A stretch of DNA of 64,000 bases. Origin: Candidatus Moanibacter sp. (GTDB lineage: Bacteria; Verrucomicrobiota; Verrucomicrobiia; Opitutales; UBA2987). The stretch spans positions 139,569 to 203,568 of the forward strand of contig CBDCEW010000100.1 of the NCBI GenBank assembly GCA_965215885.1. Reading direction: 5' to 3'. Under the pieces are notes generated by a model. It saw only the letters and a list, made by a program, of their open reading frames with translations. It was not told the DNA's origin and searched no databases. The position numbers and the translations under genes were made by a program. Shown piece by piece: positions 1-11,774 of this stretch. Position 1 is the first letter of the stretch; every line of letters begins with the position of its first letter.

Positions 1-923
1 ATATGTTGGCTGTAGCTTGAGAGGTCGCCCGAATCTTCTTTGGCGGAGCGTTTCAATGTATCTTTAGTGTGGAGATCGAGGCCGGATTGAACATGCCCGC
101 GCAGGGCAATGAGTTTTCTATAGTACTTGATGAACTTTCTGGGAACGCGATCTATTTCCCCAGCTCGAGTGTTCCGTTTGGCGTCGGGATTGAAGCCGAG
201 GATGTCGGTTATGGAAGCGGCCCCAAGCCGCCGGTGTGCTGTTGGAACGGCTTCTTTGACGACCTGCTTTGATGTCTGCTTAGAGGGTGTTCCAGTCTCG
301 TCGGATTTCCCTTTCTTCTTTGCTCTCGACTCTCTCTTTTTCAGTTCTTTCGAGCGGGATCTCAGGACATCACGCACATCTTCGAGAGAGAAAACGATGG
401 GGGTATGTTTCTTGGAGGGTAATTTGAAGACGGCTGGAGTATGCTTTGGCCTCTTGACATGTGCGCTAAACATCTGTGTGTCCCTTTCCTTCTTGGGAGC
501 ACCTTTCTTAGTCTTCCTTTTCTGGGCGCTTAGGTTCGGCTTCATTCCCGATTTTCCGGTCCGGGTCTTCTTCGTTGCAGTCTTCTTTGCCGCACTCTTT
601 ATCGTTTTCTTCACGGCGGTCGTCACAGCCGGCTTCCGCTTCGTGCGGGTGGTGGCAGGTTTCGATTTCGCGGCCACATGATTTATGGCCTTTGGGACGG
701 GCTTCTTCGGAGAAAGAGTTTTTCTTTTAACCGTTTTCCTATTCACTTCCCTTTTCGCCGCCGTCTTTTTGGCGGCAACTTTGGTTTTCTTTGCAGTCAC
801 TACGCCCTTCTTGGAAGTGCCATGAACGGTGGTTTTACTTTTCCCCCCGGGAGTCTTTTTCGCGACACGCTTTCTCTTATTCGATGAGTTGGAAGTTCCT
901 GGCTTTTTTTTCGTAGGCATCAT
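1..923 (-). CDS. TraR/DksA-family regulator with long Lys/Ala/Thr-rich N-terminal extension (3' end outside window)
   Basis: Not in the ORF track because it runs off the edge. Manual translation from ATG 923: MMPTKKKPG...AAKKTAAKR...LDLHTKDTLKRSAKEDSGDLSSYSQH(M). The 'GDLSSYSQHM' segment precedes the DksA coiled-coil tip motif. Confidence 0.75.
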   Translation of the reverse strand, partial: MMPTKKKPGTSNSSNKRKRVAKKTPGGKSKTTVHGTSKKGVVTAKKTKVAAKKTAAKREVNRKTVKRKTLSPKKPVPKAINHVAAKSKPATTRTKRKPAVTTAVKKTIKSAAKKTATKKTRTGKSGMKPNLSAQKRKTKKGAPKKERDTQMFSAHVKRPKHTPAVFKLPSKKHTPIVFSLEDVRDVLRSRSKELKKRESRAKKKGKSDETGTPSKQTSKQVVKEAVPTAHRRLGAASITDILGFNPDAKRNTRAGEIDRVPRKFIKYYRKLIALRGHVQSGLDLHTKDTLKRSAKEDSGDLSSYSQH

Positions 924-947
924 TACGTACGGTTTAGGTTGAGACGA

Positions 948-3743
948 TCAATGATTGAGCAACGGGCAAGGAATGCGAGGGCAGAAGCCATCGGCTCGTC
1001 CGTCACTGGTTTCTTCGGGCACCCATCGCCAGCACCGGGGACAGCGAAGTCCTTCACACTTTTGTGCTGATACCTCGATACCATGATTGGCGGAGTTGTC
1101 GGTGTTGAGGGAGACTTGAGAAACTATGAAGAGTTCCGGCAAAATGGCCGCGTGCTTCACGAGAAGTTGAAAGAGCTCATCTGTGTCGTTGCCCACCAGG
1201 TTGACCGCCGCCTCCAGAGACTGACCAATAGTCTTCTCCTGCCTCAGTCTCTCGAGCTCATCGTTTACCCTGCCGCGCACCTTTAGAAGGCGGTCAATTT
1301 GCGAGCAGGTCCCTGAATCAAACCATTCCTCGCGCGCTTCCGGGAAAGGTTGCAAATGGATCGAACCGTCGCCACAGGCCCGGTTTGACCGTGCATAGGA
1401 ATACGCTTCGTCGGTAGTAAAAACAATCACTGGGGCAAGCAGACCGACGAGCGTCTCAAAGCAATGGCTGATGACGGTTTGCGCGGACCGCCGCTCCATC
1501 GAATCTTCCTGAAAAGTATAAAGTCGGTCCTTTAGAATATCGTGATAAATTGCCGAGAGAGTGACGGTGCAATATCGGTTAACGATCTGGTAGACCCGCT
1601 GGAATTCGTAACTCTCATAGGCCATTCTCGTTTCCACAACCACTTCCGCCGTCTTGTGAAGCGCCCATGTATCGATGGGAAACAGTTCACTGAGCGACAC
1701 CGAGTCCTTCTTTGCATCGAATCCGGAAAGGTTACCGAGTTGGAATCGCAGAGTGTTGCGTATAGTACGGTAAGTCTCGACTACGTGCGAGATGATCTCT
1801 TCCGATACCCGGACGTCGTTGCGGTAATCGACACTCGCCACCCAGAGCCGGAGAATGTCACTACCCATTTTCTCGATTAGTTCGAGAGGTGAGACTGAAT
1901 TGCCAGACGACTTGCTCATCGCTTTACCCTGCCCATCGAGGAGAAAACCGTGTGTCAGGACGGCTTTGAAAGGAGCGCGGTGGCGAGTGCCGATGGAGGT
2001 GAGGAGGGCGCTCTGGAACCAACCCCGATGTTGGTCGCTCCCTTCAAGATAGAGATCAGCGGGAGAGGAGAGTCGGGAATCCTGTTCGAGGCTCGCTACG
2101 TGGCTGGCCCCGGAGTCAAACCAGACATCGAGAATATCGTTCTCTTTGGAAAAGTCCTCTCCGTTGCACTCCCCAGTTGATTCGTAAACGAAGTCGTCCG
2201 GTAGAAATTTTTCGACCGGATCCCGAAACCAGCAGTCCGTCCCCTCTTTACTGACAGATTCTATAAATGCATCAATAATGCCTACATCGAGAATGGATTC
2301 TCCGGTTTTATTCGATCGGATGGAGGGAATGGGTACGCCCCATGAACGCTGTCGGGAAAGGCACCAATCCGGGCGATTTTCCACCATATTTCGGATGCGT
2401 TCGTACCCCCAGCGGGGAATCCATTGAACCGCGTTGTCAATTGCGTCGAGGGCCTTTTCACGAATGTCGCCTTCGCCCAACTCCATGAACCATTGTTCGG
2501 TGGCGCGAAAAATCACCGGTTCTTTGCTCCGCCAGCTGAACGGATAGTCGTGGATCACCTTGCCGGATGCAAGGAGGAGGCCTTTGTTACGAAGCAGATC
2601 GACAATCGTTGGATTGGCGTCGAAGACAAAGACACCCTCCATGGCGGGGAATTCTCGTGTAAAGCAACCCTTTTCATCGACCGGTACGACTACTGGAAGA
2701 CCGTAGCGGCGCCCGATATCGAAATCTTCGCAACCGTGCCCGGGGGCCGTATGAACACAGCCGGTTCCCTGTTCGAGGGTAACGTGGTCACCGAGCATAA
2801 CAAGGCTCGTTCGGTCGTCGAAAATGGGATGGGAACATTGCGCTTTTTCCAGTTCCTGCGCCTTAAATCGAACCGCAATCCGACCTGATTCGATGCCGCA
2901 AGAATCCATGAATGCTTCAGCCAGATCCTCGGCTACAATCGAAGTCCGGCTGTCGTGCTGAAGGGCGACGTAGTTGTGGGTGGGATGAAGAGAGATGCCC
3001 AGATTGGCGGGCAGGGTCCAGGGGGTGGTCGTCCAGATGACAATGGATACATTGTCGAGGCCTTTTAGAGAGGGATATTCTTCCGAATGAAGTAGCGGAA
3101 AACTGACAATTATGGAATCGGATGTGCGGGGATGATATTCAATCTCGGCTTCGGCAAGAGCGGTACGAAAGAGAGGATCCCAGTGGACGACCTTGAAACC
3201 TTTCCGGACGAGCCCTCTTTTTACGAGGTCGCGAAAACATCTCAGAATGCCCGCCTCATATTCGGCATCGAAGGTCCGGTAGGGCGCGTCCCACTCCCCC
3301 AGGATTCCCAGGCGCTTGAATTGCTCACGTTGAATGCCGATATATTTTGAAGCGTAGTTGTGGCAGGATTTACGAATCTCGACCGGCGCCATCTCGTGTA
3401 TTTTGGGGCCGATTTCCTTTAGCACCTGCTGCTCGATGGGTAGCCCGTGACAGTCCCAACCTGGCACATAGGGGGTGCGGAAACCACACATCGACTTGTA
3501 GCGGAGGACAATGTCTTTGAGAATCTTGTTTAAAGCGTGCCCCATATGAATGTCGCCGTTAGCGTAAGGGGGGCCGTCGTGTAAAATGAAAGTCCTGCCT
3601 TTTTCGCTTTTCTGTTGAATCCTGTCGTAGAGGCCTATCGATTCCCAGTGAGCGAGTCTTTTCGGTTCACGCTTTACCGAGTTTGCCCGCATCGGAAAGT
3701 CGGTTTCCGGGAGGTTCAGGGTCTCTTTATAATTCTGGGCCAT
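948..3743 (-). CDS. ileS: Isoleucine--tRNA ligase
   Basis: LHDGPPYANGDIHMGH (HIGH), GWDCHGLP, AMSKS (KMSKS-like), C-terminal CPRCW Zn finger. Start placed at MAQNYKETLNLP. Confidence 0.97.
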   Translation of the reverse strand: MAQNYKETLNLPETDFPMRANSVKREPKRLAHWESIGLYDRIQQKSEKGRTFILHDGPPYANGDIHMGHALNKILKDIVLRYKSMCGFRTPYVPGWDCHGLPIEQQVLKEIGPKIHEMAPVEIRKSCHNYASKYIGIQREQFKRLGILGEWDAPYRTFDAEYEAGILRCFRDLVKRGLVRKGFKVVHWDPLFRTALAEAEIEYHPRTSDSIIVSFPLLHSEEYPSLKGLDNVSIVIWTTTPWTLPANLGISLHPTHNYVALQHDSRTSIVAEDLAEAFMDSCGIESGRIAVRFKAQELEKAQCSHPIFDDRTSLVMLGDHVTLEQGTGCVHTAPGHGCEDFDIGRRYGLPVVVPVDEKGCFTREFPAMEGVFVFDANPTIVDLLRNKGLLLASGKVIHDYPFSWRSKEPVIFRATEQWFMELGEGDIREKALDAIDNAVQWIPRWGYERIRNMVENRPDWCLSRQRSWGVPIPSIRSNKTGESILDVGIIDAFIESVSKEGTDCWFRDPVEKFLPDDFVYESTGECNGEDFSKENDILDVWFDSGASHVASLEQDSRLSSPADLYLEGSDQHRGWFQSALLTSIGTRHRAPFKAVLTHGFLLDGQGKAMSKSSGNSVSPLELIEKMGSDILRLWVASVDYRNDVRVSEEIISHVVETYRTIRNTLRFQLGNLSGFDAKKDSVSLSELFPIDTWALHKTAEVVVETRMAYESYEFQRVYQIVNRYCTVTLSAIYHDILKDRLYTFQEDSMERRSAQTVISHCFETLVGLLAPVIVFTTDEAYSYARSNRACGDGSIHLQPFPEAREEWFDSGTCSQIDRLLKVRGRVNDELERLRQEKTIGQSLEAAVNLVGNDTDELFQLLVKHAAILPELFIVSQVSLNTDNSANHGIEVSAQKCEGLRCPRCWRWVPEETSDGRADGFCPRIPCPLLNH

Positions 3744-3893
3744 TTTCAGCGCCTTCGGAAATAAAAGCGCCGAAACAATGGAAACTTCATTATCCAAGTC
3801 AAGCTAAGACCTTCCAGGTTGACTCCCCATCAGGATACGGGGATACCATGTGCGAGGATGTTTAAGAGGTTAATTCCGACAGATTCCTAGGCC

Positions 3894-4916
3894 GTGGCAG
3901 AACTCCTAAGCCAATTTATGGAAGGGCAGTCGCTACTCGTCCTGCTACTTCTGATCGCCTTCCTTATCTATATCCTGGGAAGGGGAGCGGAAATGCTGGT
4001 GGAAGAAGCGGCGTCGCTCTCCAGGAGTTGGGGTGTGCCCGAGGTGCTGATTGGGGCGACGATCGTGAGCTTGGGTACTACACTGCCGGAGGCGGCCGTT
4101 TCGGTGCTTGCAGCGATACAGGGTAATCCTGATCTTGCCTTGGGAAATGCGGTTGGTTCGATTATCTGCGACACGGGCCTGATTCTCGGAATTGCAGCGG
4201 TAATATCGCCCCTTCCTCTAAGGAAGAGTATAGTGAATCGACAGGGGTGGATACAATTTGGCGCGGGAATACTGCTCGTCCTGTCCAGTATGCCCTATTC
4301 CTCTATGCGGGAGATTACCGTAAGTGGCGGGAATTTACCGCAGTATATGGGCTTCGTCTTTCTTCTTCTGCTGATTGTCTATATCTCGATTTCCATCGGT
4401 TGGGCGAGGAGCGATTCAGGCCCGGAAGCAGGTAGAGAGAGAGCTGAATCTAAGAGGGGGAAAAGGCCCTCGCTTGTCCTGGTCAAACTGATCGTTGGGA
4501 TTACTCTTGTCGTCGTATCTTCCACGATACTCATTCCGGCGGTGGAAGAGACGGCGGTTCGGCTTCATGTTCCGGACAGCATCATAGCTGCAACCCTGGT
4601 CGCTTTTGGGACTTCCCTGCCGGAGCTGGTTACTGCTATGACTGCTTTGCGAAAGGGGCACGGGGAACTGGCGCTGGGAAACGTAATCGGAGCGGATATC
4701 CTGAATGTGCTATTTGTCGCCGGTGCGGCGGCTTCAGTGACGCGCGGTGGATTGGAGGCGACGCCGGAATTCTTCACCTTTCTCTTTCCGACCATGTTGT
4801 TTATACTGGTTGTCTTTAGAATGGGAATATTTTTCTCCAAGGATAAGTTGGGGCGTCCTTTCGGCGCTATCCTGCTCGTGAGTTACGTTTGTTATTTGTT
4901 ATTAAGCGTTTTTTGA
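3894..4916 (+). CDS. Calcium/sodium antiporter (YrbG/CaCA family)
   Basis: Two alpha repeats, GTTLPE and GTSLPE, each followed by ALGN; multiple TM helices. Confidence 0.92.
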   Translation: MAELLSQFMEGQSLLVLLLLIAFLIYILGRGAEMLVEEAASLSRSWGVPEVLIGATIVSLGTTLPEAAVSVLAAIQGNPDLALGNAVGSIICDTGLILGIAAVISPLPLRKSIVNRQGWIQFGAGILLVLSSMPYSSMREITVSGGNLPQYMGFVFLLLLIVYISISIGWARSDSGPEAGRERAESKRGKRPSLVLVKLIVGITLVVVSSTILIPAVEETAVRLHVPDSIIAATLVAFGTSLPELVTAMTALRKGHGELALGNVIGADILNVLFVAGAAASVTRGGLEATPEFFTFLFPTMLFILVVFRMGIFFSKDKLGRPFGAILLVSYVCYLLLSVF

Positions 4917-5033
4917 GAAATTTAACTTGGAAATACTCCGTCCCGGCACAAGACCGGGGCAGCCAGTAATCGAAGGCATGATGCTAAACACTTACATGCC
5001 GGGACGGACCGCTGACTTGAAACTATTGTTATT

Positions 5034-6605
5034 ATGTCCGACAGGCAGGTAGCGCTCATAATTCGGGACGGCTGGGGTGAGAACCACAATGCCGAGCACG
5101 ATTCGTTTAATGCCGTCAAGAATGCGCGCACGCCGGTTTCGGATAGGATTGGGAAAGCCTACCCGCGCACTGAAATCATGGCATGTGGGCTGGATGTGGG
5201 ATTACCGCAGGGTATCGTGGGAAATAGTGAGGTGGGGCATCAGAATATCGGAGCGGGCAGGATAGTAGACCAGGAGATCGTTCGTATCAGCCGGGCGTTT
5301 GCTAAGAGTGAGGTTCGTGCGAGTCCGGTAGTGGGCGTCTGTCTGGCGAGACTCAGGGAAACCGAAGGGAGCCTACATTTAATGGGATTGGCGTCGGATG
5401 CGGGAGTTCATTCCATTCTGGAACATTTATACGGCCTGCTGAGGATCGCTCGAGCCGATTCGGTTCGGAAAGTCCTCATCCATATTTTTACCGATGGTCG
5501 CGATACAACACCCCAAAGCGGAATGGGGTATGTCCGGCAAATCGAAGAACAATGCCGTGAGATCGGCGTTGGGCGCATCGCCACCGTGTGCGGCAGGTAT
5601 TGGAGTATGGATCGGGACCGGCGTTGGGATCGGATCGAAAAGGCCTACGCGTGTCTGACCGGAAGGAAGGCAGCAGCAGTCGCTTCGAGCGGTGAGGCGG
5701 CGGTGCGTCACTACTATGATAACCCCATTGGGGGGTCCCTTCGCGGCGACGAGTTCGTCCTCCCCACTTGGGTTGTTGACCAGGATGATAAGCCGATAGG
5801 AACGGTAAAAGACGGGGATTCGGTGGTTTTCTTTAACTTTCGCGGTGACCGACCCAGGGAGCTGACACGTGCGTTTATGGAACCGGCATTCGATAAATTC
5901 GAGCGAGGGAGAAAACTCGACATTTTCTTCGCCACCCTGACAGAGTACGAAAAGGGACTGTGCCCCAATATTATCTTTCCGAAGCGTCCTCGCATGCCGA
6001 ATATTCTCGGTATGTATCTAAGCGATCTCGGAATAAGACAATTTCGCTGTGCTGAAACAGAGAAGTACCCCCACGTCACCTTTTTCTTTAATGACTATCG
6101 GGAAGAGCCCTTTTCGGGAGAAGATCGAAGGCTCATACCGAGCCCGAAAGAGGTGGCGACTTATGACCAGAAACCAGAAATGTCGGCTCGTGGAGTTTGT
6201 AAAGCGACGGTAGATGCGATTTTACAGGAACGGTACGGCCTCGTTGTGGTCAATTTTGCCAATCCCGACATGGTGGGACATACCGGTTCGTTTGAAGCCG
6301 CCGTCCAGGCTTGCGAAACGACCGACGATTGCCTGGGTGATATTCTTCTGGCCCTTGAAAAAGTGGGAGGTTGCGCCATCGTCACTTCCGATCATGGCAA
6401 TTCAGATCAGATGTGGGATCCCGTCACCAATGGTCCGCATACTGCGCATACCCTCAACCCGGTCGAGCTGGTTATTGCGGGCGAAGGCAGTGAATCGCTT
6501 AGGCTTGTGGATCGAGGTTGTCTCGCCGATATCGCGCCCACGCTTCTCCGGTTGATGGCTATTGAGAAACCGGACGAGATGACGGGTGAGTGTCTGATTG
6601 TGTAG
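5034..6605 (+). CDS. gpmI: 2,3-bisphosphoglycerate-independent phosphoglycerate mutase
   Basis: [38 protein letters not shown] motifs. Confidence 0.97.
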   Translation: MSDRQVALIIRDGWGENHNAEHDSFNAVKNARTPVSDRIGKAYPRTEIMACGLDVGLPQGIVGNSEVGHQNIGAGRIVDQEIVRISRAFAKSEVRASPVVGVCLARLRETEGSLHLMGLASDAGVHSILEHLYGLLRIARADSVRKVLIHIFTDGRDTTPQSGMGYVRQIEEQCREIGVGRIATVCGRYWSMDRDRRWDRIEKAYACLTGRKAAAVASSGEAAVRHYYDNPIGGSLRGDEFVLPTWVVDQDDKPIGTVKDGDSVVFFNFRGDRPRELTRAFMEPAFDKFERGRKLDIFFATLTEYEKGLCPNIIFPKRPRMPNILGMYLSDLGIRQFRCAETEKYPHVTFFFNDYREEPFSGEDRRLIPSPKEVATYDQKPEMSARGVCKATVDAILQERYGLVVVNFANPDMVGHTGSFEAAVQACETTDDCLGDILLALEKVGGCAIVTSDHGNSDQMWDPVTNGPHTAHTLNPVELVIAGEGSESLRLVDRGCLADIAPTLLRLMAIEKPDEMTGECLIV

Positions 6606-6625
6606 GGGGATCGAAAGAGTTCGGG

Positions 6626-7085
6626 GCAAGGTTTGCGACGAGGTTTGAACAAAGGTGATCAGTGCCTTTCCTTTGATTTTCTCTTCCATTTACGCGGGAC
6701 CACCCGAAAGGGAAACCTTGTCGCGAACCTTGTCGAATCCATTCTGACCGGCTCATGGCAGGCCGTGATCTCCCGTGGAACTTGCTCTTCCCGAATTTCG
6801 ACTACGATTAGGACGACGAATTTCGATTAAAATCCGATTTAAATTCCACTCGAAGGTCGTCGTCATAATCGTAGTCGTTGGTCGGAAGTTTGGGCAGTGT
6901 CCCCGTCGTTGCCGACGCGGCTACCAGACTTGCTCTTTGTCGTAAGCTTCGTCGTAAACTTTGTCGAATTTCGACTACGATTATGACCACGATTAAGATT
7001 GGGGGGATTTCCACTCGCAAGTCGTAGTCGTAATCGTCGTCGTCGGGCGTATACTGGTTCCCGACTTTCGATTACGATTAATATC
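6626..7085. repeat. Cluster of REP-like short repeats (AACCTTGTCGCGAACCTTGTCG and (G)ACTACGATTA types) between convergent genes
   Basis: aaccttgtcgcgaaccttgtcg near 6715, with related copies near 8541 (inverted) and 52001-52045. Several cgactacgatta/cgattacgatta units in both orientations at 6797-7082. Confidence 0.6.
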
Positions 7086-7123
7086 ACGAATTTAGATTGG
7101 AGGTGGGGGAATCGATAGGATAA

Positions 7124-8494
7124 TCAGAAGCCTGGTGAGCCCGGGATACTGGCGCCTATACCAGGGAAACCTGAGCCGGCGTTGGCCTGAAGGCGCTTCA
7201 TCATTTTTGATCCCTTGGCGCCTTTCATCTTTCTCATCATTTTGCGCATCTGGGAAAACTGCTTTATGAGAGTATTGACATCGCGTACCTGGACACCGGC
7301 GCCTGAGGCGACGCGAAAACGCCGGCTACCATTGAGGATACGTGGATTTTGGCGTTCCCGAGGAGTCATGGAGAGAATAATTGCTTCAGTATGCTTTATT
7401 TGGTTCTCTTCTTTTTCGCCGATATCGATTCCATTCATACCAGGTAGCATCTCCATGAGAGAACCAAGTGGACCCATTTTTTTGACCTGCTGCATTTGGG
7501 CGAGAAAGTCTTCAAGAGTAAATTCGGCCTTGCGCATTTTCTCCGCCATACGCTCAGCTTCATCCTGATCGATAGTCTCCTGGGCCTTCTCGACAAGTGA
7601 AACAACATCGCCCATCCCGAGGATTCTCGACGCGATGCGGGCGGGATGAAACATCTCGTAGTCAGCGGTCTTTTCGCCGGTCCCGATAAACTTGATCGGG
7701 ACATTGGTGATCGCTTTCATGGAGAGAGCCGCGCCTCCTCTTGCGTCGCCATCGAGTTTTGTGAGAATAGTGCCGGTGAGATTCACCGCTTCATGGAAGG
7801 ACTTGGCGATATTCACTGCCTCCTGGCCGAGAGCGCTGTCGGCCACCAACAGCACCTCGTCTGGAACTACGGTCTTCTTCAGAATCCTTATTTCTTCTAT
7901 GAGTTCATCATCGACGTGAAGACGTCCCGCGGTATCAAAAATAATGGCATCGGCCCCCTGTTTCCTGGCTTCCTTTAGAGCGTTCTTCGCGATCGTGGAT
8001 ACTTTGCTTTGTGATCTCTCCGCATAGGAGAGCAATGCCTCCTCACGGGCCAGAGTTTCAAGCTGGTCGATTGCGGCGGGACGGTAGACGTCGCAAGCGA
8101 CGAGGAGCGGAGAATATCCTTTTTTGTGTAGAAACCTGCCCATTTTCGCCGCGCAGGTTGTCTTCCCCGAACCGTGGAGACCGACCAGCATAATGCGGAG
8201 CGGGCGCTTATCGATCAGATTGCTACTACCTTCGCCGAGAAGTTTTACGAGTTCGTCGTGAATGATCTTTACGACCATCTGACCCGGCGAGACCGACTTC
8301 GTTACGTCCTTGCCTACACATTCACGTTTGACGTTCTCAATGAACTCACGGGCAACACGGAAATGAACGTCGGCGGATAATAGGGCGGTTCTAATTTCTT
8401 TGAAGGCTTCCGCCATATTCTCTTCGCTCAATCTTCCTACTCCGCGAAGGTTGCGCAGCGCTTTGCCGAGACGTTCTGATAGTGCTTCAAGCAT
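7124..8494 (-). CDS. ffh: Signal recognition particle protein
   Basis: [31 protein letters not shown], Met-rich M domain. Confidence 0.97.
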   Translation of the reverse strand: MLEALSERLGKALRNLRGVGRLSEENMAEAFKEIRTALLSADVHFRVAREFIENVKRECVGKDVTKSVSPGQMVVKIIHDELVKLLGEGSSNLIDKRPLRIMLVGLHGSGKTTCAAKMGRFLHKKGYSPLLVACDVYRPAAIDQLETLAREEALLSYAERSQSKVSTIAKNALKEARKQGADAIIFDTAGRLHVDDELIEEIRILKKTVVPDEVLLVADSALGQEAVNIAKSFHEAVNLTGTILTKLDGDARGGAALSMKAITNVPIKFIGTGEKTADYEMFHPARIASRILGMGDVVSLVEKAQETIDQDEAERMAEKMRKAEFTLEDFLAQMQQVKKMGPLGSLMEMLPGMNGIDIGEKEENQIKHTEAIILSMTPRERQNPRILNGSRRFRVASGAGVQVRDVNTLIKQFSQMRKMMRKMKGAKGSKMMKRLQANAGSGFPGIGASIPGSPGF

Positions 8495-8616
8495 AATCCG
8501 GGATTTCGCAGTACCCTAACGCAGCGTAGCCGCAACCAATCGACAAGGTTCGCGACGAGGTTGGCTCCTCTGGATTCCGCCAAAGTGGACTGTCGGACTC
8601 TAAGTCCGTCAGATTC

Positions 8617-9231
8617 CTAGCCACGGGCGGCGGCGTAGTTTGCCTCAGCCTGCTCCCAGTTGACAACGTTCCAAAAGGCGGCGATGTAATCGGGACGACG
8701 ATTTTGATAGTTCAGGTAATAGGCATGTTCCCAGACATCGAGTCCTATCACTGGACTGCCGGAACCGTCCATGAGTGGGCTATCCTGATTCGGTGTTGAG
8801 GTGACGGCGAGGGAACCATCGGACTTTACGATGAGCCAGGCCCAACCGCTCCCGAATCGAGTGGTGCCGGCAGTGGCAAACGCTTCTTTGAAAGCGTCGA
8901 AGCCCCCTAACTGAGCGTCAATTGCGGAGCCCAGGGATCCGGAGGGCGCGCCGCCGCCGGAACCGAGCACTTTCCAAAAAAATGAGTGATTGGCGTGTCC
9001 TCCGCCATTGTTGCGAACAGCCGTACGGATGCTTTCAGGAACGGCGTCAAGATTGGAGATTAGTTCATTGACGTCCTCAGGGGCATCGTGGTTAGCACCG
9101 GAAAGCGCATTATTGACGTTAGTAATATAGGTGTTGTGATGCTTTGAATGATGAATTTCCATGGTTCGCGCATCGATGTGCGGTTCCAGAGCATCGTAAG
9201 CGTAGTCTAAATTTGGAAGTTCGTATGCCAT
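8617..9231 (-). CDS. sodA: Superoxide dismutase, Mn-type signature
   Basis: [26 protein letters not shown]. Confidence 0.93.
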   Translation of the reverse strand: MAYELPNLDYAYDALEPHIDARTMEIHHSKHHNTYITNVNNALSGANHDAPEDVNELISNLDAVPESIRTAVRNNGGGHANHSFFWKVLGSGGGAPSGSLGSAIDAQLGGFDAFKEAFATAGTTRFGSGWAWLIVKSDGSLAVTSTPNQDSPLMDGSGSPVIGLDVWEHAYYLNYQNRRPDYIAAFWNVVNWEQAEANYAAARG

Positions 9232-9587
9232 TATTTTATTCCCGGTTTAAGATTAATTGTTGATTCTGATGGAAATTGACTCCCCTGTTTATGAAATGTC
9301 CAAGCTAGGAATCTGTCGGACTAAGTATCAAAAAGGGGATTTCCCCGTCCGTCAACCCCTCCGGCACGAATCAGGCAGGTTTTATTGAGAATTCAATGGA
9401 ATCGAGTACCCGATTAGAGGAACGCGGGAGTGTTTCTACGTATTGGCGGGGTAATTTTGACGGAGAGCACGATTATTAACCACGTCAGCAGATCGAACAG
9501 GTTCCACGTTCATCCATCGTGACCTATCGAGAACGAGGACGACCTGCGAGCGCACGTCCAGCCAACAATAATCGTAGTCCTACCAAC

Positions 9588-10091
9588 CTAATCAGAACCA
9601 ATGCGGCGTCTGTGGGAAAAGAACGTCTGGATCAAATCGCGGCATTCCTCCTCAAGGATTCCCGATGTAACAGTGGTGTGATTGCGGAGAGCAGGGAGCT
9701 GATTGATATCAGTGGCGCCACCAAGGCAGCCCATATCCGGATCGGGCAGGGCATATATGACTCGCGACATGCGTGCCATGATAACTGCTCCTGAACACAT
9801 GGGGCACGGCTCTTTAGTGACATAGAGATTTGCTCCGGTGAGACGCCAGTCCCCTAAATAGCGGCTGGCCTGCGTGATAGCGAGGATTTCCGCGTGGGCC
9901 GTCGGATCTCCCGTGGATTCTATGCGATTATGCTCGGAACCGATTACCCGGCCGTCATATTCTATAACCGCTCCCACTGGAACTTCCTCTTCCATCCACC
10001 CGTCGATGGCTTCATTATAGGCCAGTCGCATGAAGAATGTATCGTCTTTTCGCAGCTGTGACGGAAATACCTTCTGAAATGGGCAGTGCAA
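9588..10091 (-). CDS. tadA: tRNA adenosine(34) deaminase (start codon uncertain)
   Basis: EVPVGAV, AHAE, EPCPMC motifs. Confidence 0.88.
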   Translation of the reverse strand: MHCPFQKVFPSQLRKDDTFFMRLAYNEAIDGWMEEEVPVGAVIEYDGRVIGSEHNRIESTGDPTAHAEILAITQASRYLGDWRLTGANLYVTKEPCPMCSGAVIMARMSRVIYALPDPDMGCLGGATDINQLPALRNHTTVTSGILEEECRDLIQTFFSHRRRIGSD

Positions 10092-10296
10092 CGGCGCACA
10101 GTAATTCTTCGAGTAATGAAAAAAGCGAGTAGAAAAGTCTACTGCGGCAAGATTGTTATTGAACAATCGAAAATGAGGGGCAACGGTAGTTTCCGAATGT
10201 TTGAGCGAGAGCTTAGGTAGGAGATATAGGGAGCAGATTTAACTCTCATGAGAGCCGGCTCAAATGTCCCGTTAAGAGCGAGTATATTACAGATGT

Positions 10297-10572
10297 ATGC
10301 CAAACAATGATGCAGTAGAGATTGAAGGGAAGATTGTAACTGTGCTTCCTGGGACGATGTTTCGCGTGGAACTTGAGAACGGTCATCAGGTTCTCGCCCA
10401 CATTTCAGGAAAGCTGCGAAAACATTTTATCAAGATCACGGTAGGCGATACTGTAAAAATGGAGATGAGCCCTTACGACCTCGATAAAGCGCGGATTACC
10501 TATCGATTGAGGAATGCGCGGGCGAATCGCAATGTTCCCATCCGGAGTTACGGGCCTCGCCGTCGGCGATGA
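10297..10572 (+). CDS. infA: Translation initiation factor IF-1 with Arg-rich C-terminal tail
   Basis: [20 protein letters not shown]. Confidence 0.96.
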   Translation: MPNNDAVEIEGKIVTVLPGTMFRVELENGHQVLAHISGKLRKHFIKITVGDTVKMEMSPYDLDKARITYRLRNARANRNVPIRSYGPRRRR

Positions 10573-10683
10573 GGCACTGGTATTGTATCCGGAGCCGGCC
10601 CACCCGCGAGATTTACTCCTGATGGCCGGCAGAGCATTCCGTACCGGGTACGCGTTTAGCGTGATGGCAAATGCCTTAGTTCG

Positions 10684-11754
10684 ATGTTGGTCAGAAATCG
10701 GCACAAGCGACTCTATTTGGGCGGACTGGTGCTATTATTGCTTATCCTTGCGATTTGCTCTTTTGCAGTCGGCCCGGTTCGGATAAGTTTCCTTCAGATA
10801 ACGGCGCTTGTGGGATCGCGATTGGGTTTGCTAACGGGAGGGGTCGATTTCTCCCCCTATAACGAAGAGACGCTCTGGTCCATTTTGTGGTCAATCCGGT
10901 TGCCTCGAGTTTTGCTCAGCCTGTTTGTAGGTGCGGCTCTCGCGGTAGCCGGTGCCGGCATGCAGGGGCTCTTCCGAAATCCTTTGGCCGATCCCTCCTT
11001 GATCGGCGTATCCGCGGGGGCGGCTGTGGGCGCAGTCTTTATTATTGTTTTTCGTGACAGCATTGCGGGATGGTCGCTACGATGGTTAGGGGCATTCGCG
11101 GTACCAGTCTTTGCCTTTATTGGAGGTGTCGCTACCACCTATCTGGTGTATCAAATTTCTAAGGTAGAGGGGAGGACGGTTGTGGCAACGATGCTGCTCA
11201 CCGGTATCGCTATCAACGCCCTGGCAGCGGCAATAATCGGATTTATCCTTATCACTTCGAATAATGACGAACTGCGAGAATTCACTTTCTGGTCACTGGG
11301 GAGTTTAGGTGGCGCCACTTGGAAGAGTCTAGCCGCGGTTGCTCCCTTCCTCCTCATCCCGCTGAGTGTCTACCCCTTTTTCTGGCGGGCGCTGAACGCC
11401 TTTCTCCTCGGCGAAGCGGAAGCCTTTCATTTGGGAGTCGATACGCAGCGGACGAAAGGCGCGCTCGTCTTTCTCAGCGCGGCGATGGTGGGCGCGACCG
11501 TTGCGATTTGCGGGATCATCGGTTTCGTCGGATTGGTTATTCCCCATATCGTGAGGATATGTATCGGCCCCGACCATCGTTTCCTTATTCCGGGGAGTGC
11601 GCTTCTCGGTGCGGTCCTCCTTCTGGGGACGGATCTAATCTCGCGTCTGGCGATGGCACCGGGTGAACTGCCGATTGGGATTGTGACGGCGCTGTTAGGG
11701 GCTCCCTTTTTTCTTGGATTAGTATACTACTCCCGGGCGCGAATCTGGAGTTGA
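10684..11754 (+). CDS. Heme/iron-siderophore ABC permease (FecCD/HmuU family)
   Basis: IRLPR, FRNPLADP, GEAEAFHLGV, IGFVGLVIPH, ELPIG. Confidence 0.92.
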   Translation: MLVRNRHKRLYLGGLVLLLLILAICSFAVGPVRISFLQITALVGSRLGLLTGGVDFSPYNEETLWSILWSIRLPRVLLSLFVGAALAVAGAGMQGLFRNPLADPSLIGVSAGAAVGAVFIIVFRDSIAGWSLRWLGAFAVPVFAFIGGVATTYLVYQISKVEGRTVVATMLLTGIAINALAAAIIGFILITSNNDELREFTFWSLGSLGGATWKSLAAVAPFLLIPLSVYPFFWRALNAFLLGEAEAFHLGVDTQRTKGALVFLSAAMVGATVAICGIIGFVGLVIPHIVRICIGPDHRFLIPGSALLGAVLLLGTDLISRLAMAPGELPIGIVTALLGAPFFLGLVYYSRARIWS

Positions 11755-11774
11755 GTACAGAATTGAGCGGGTAA

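Noticed and set aside
127..887. Plus-strand hydrophobic ORFs (184 aa and 69 aa)
   Set aside because: Antisense shadows of the Lys-rich minus-strand gene.
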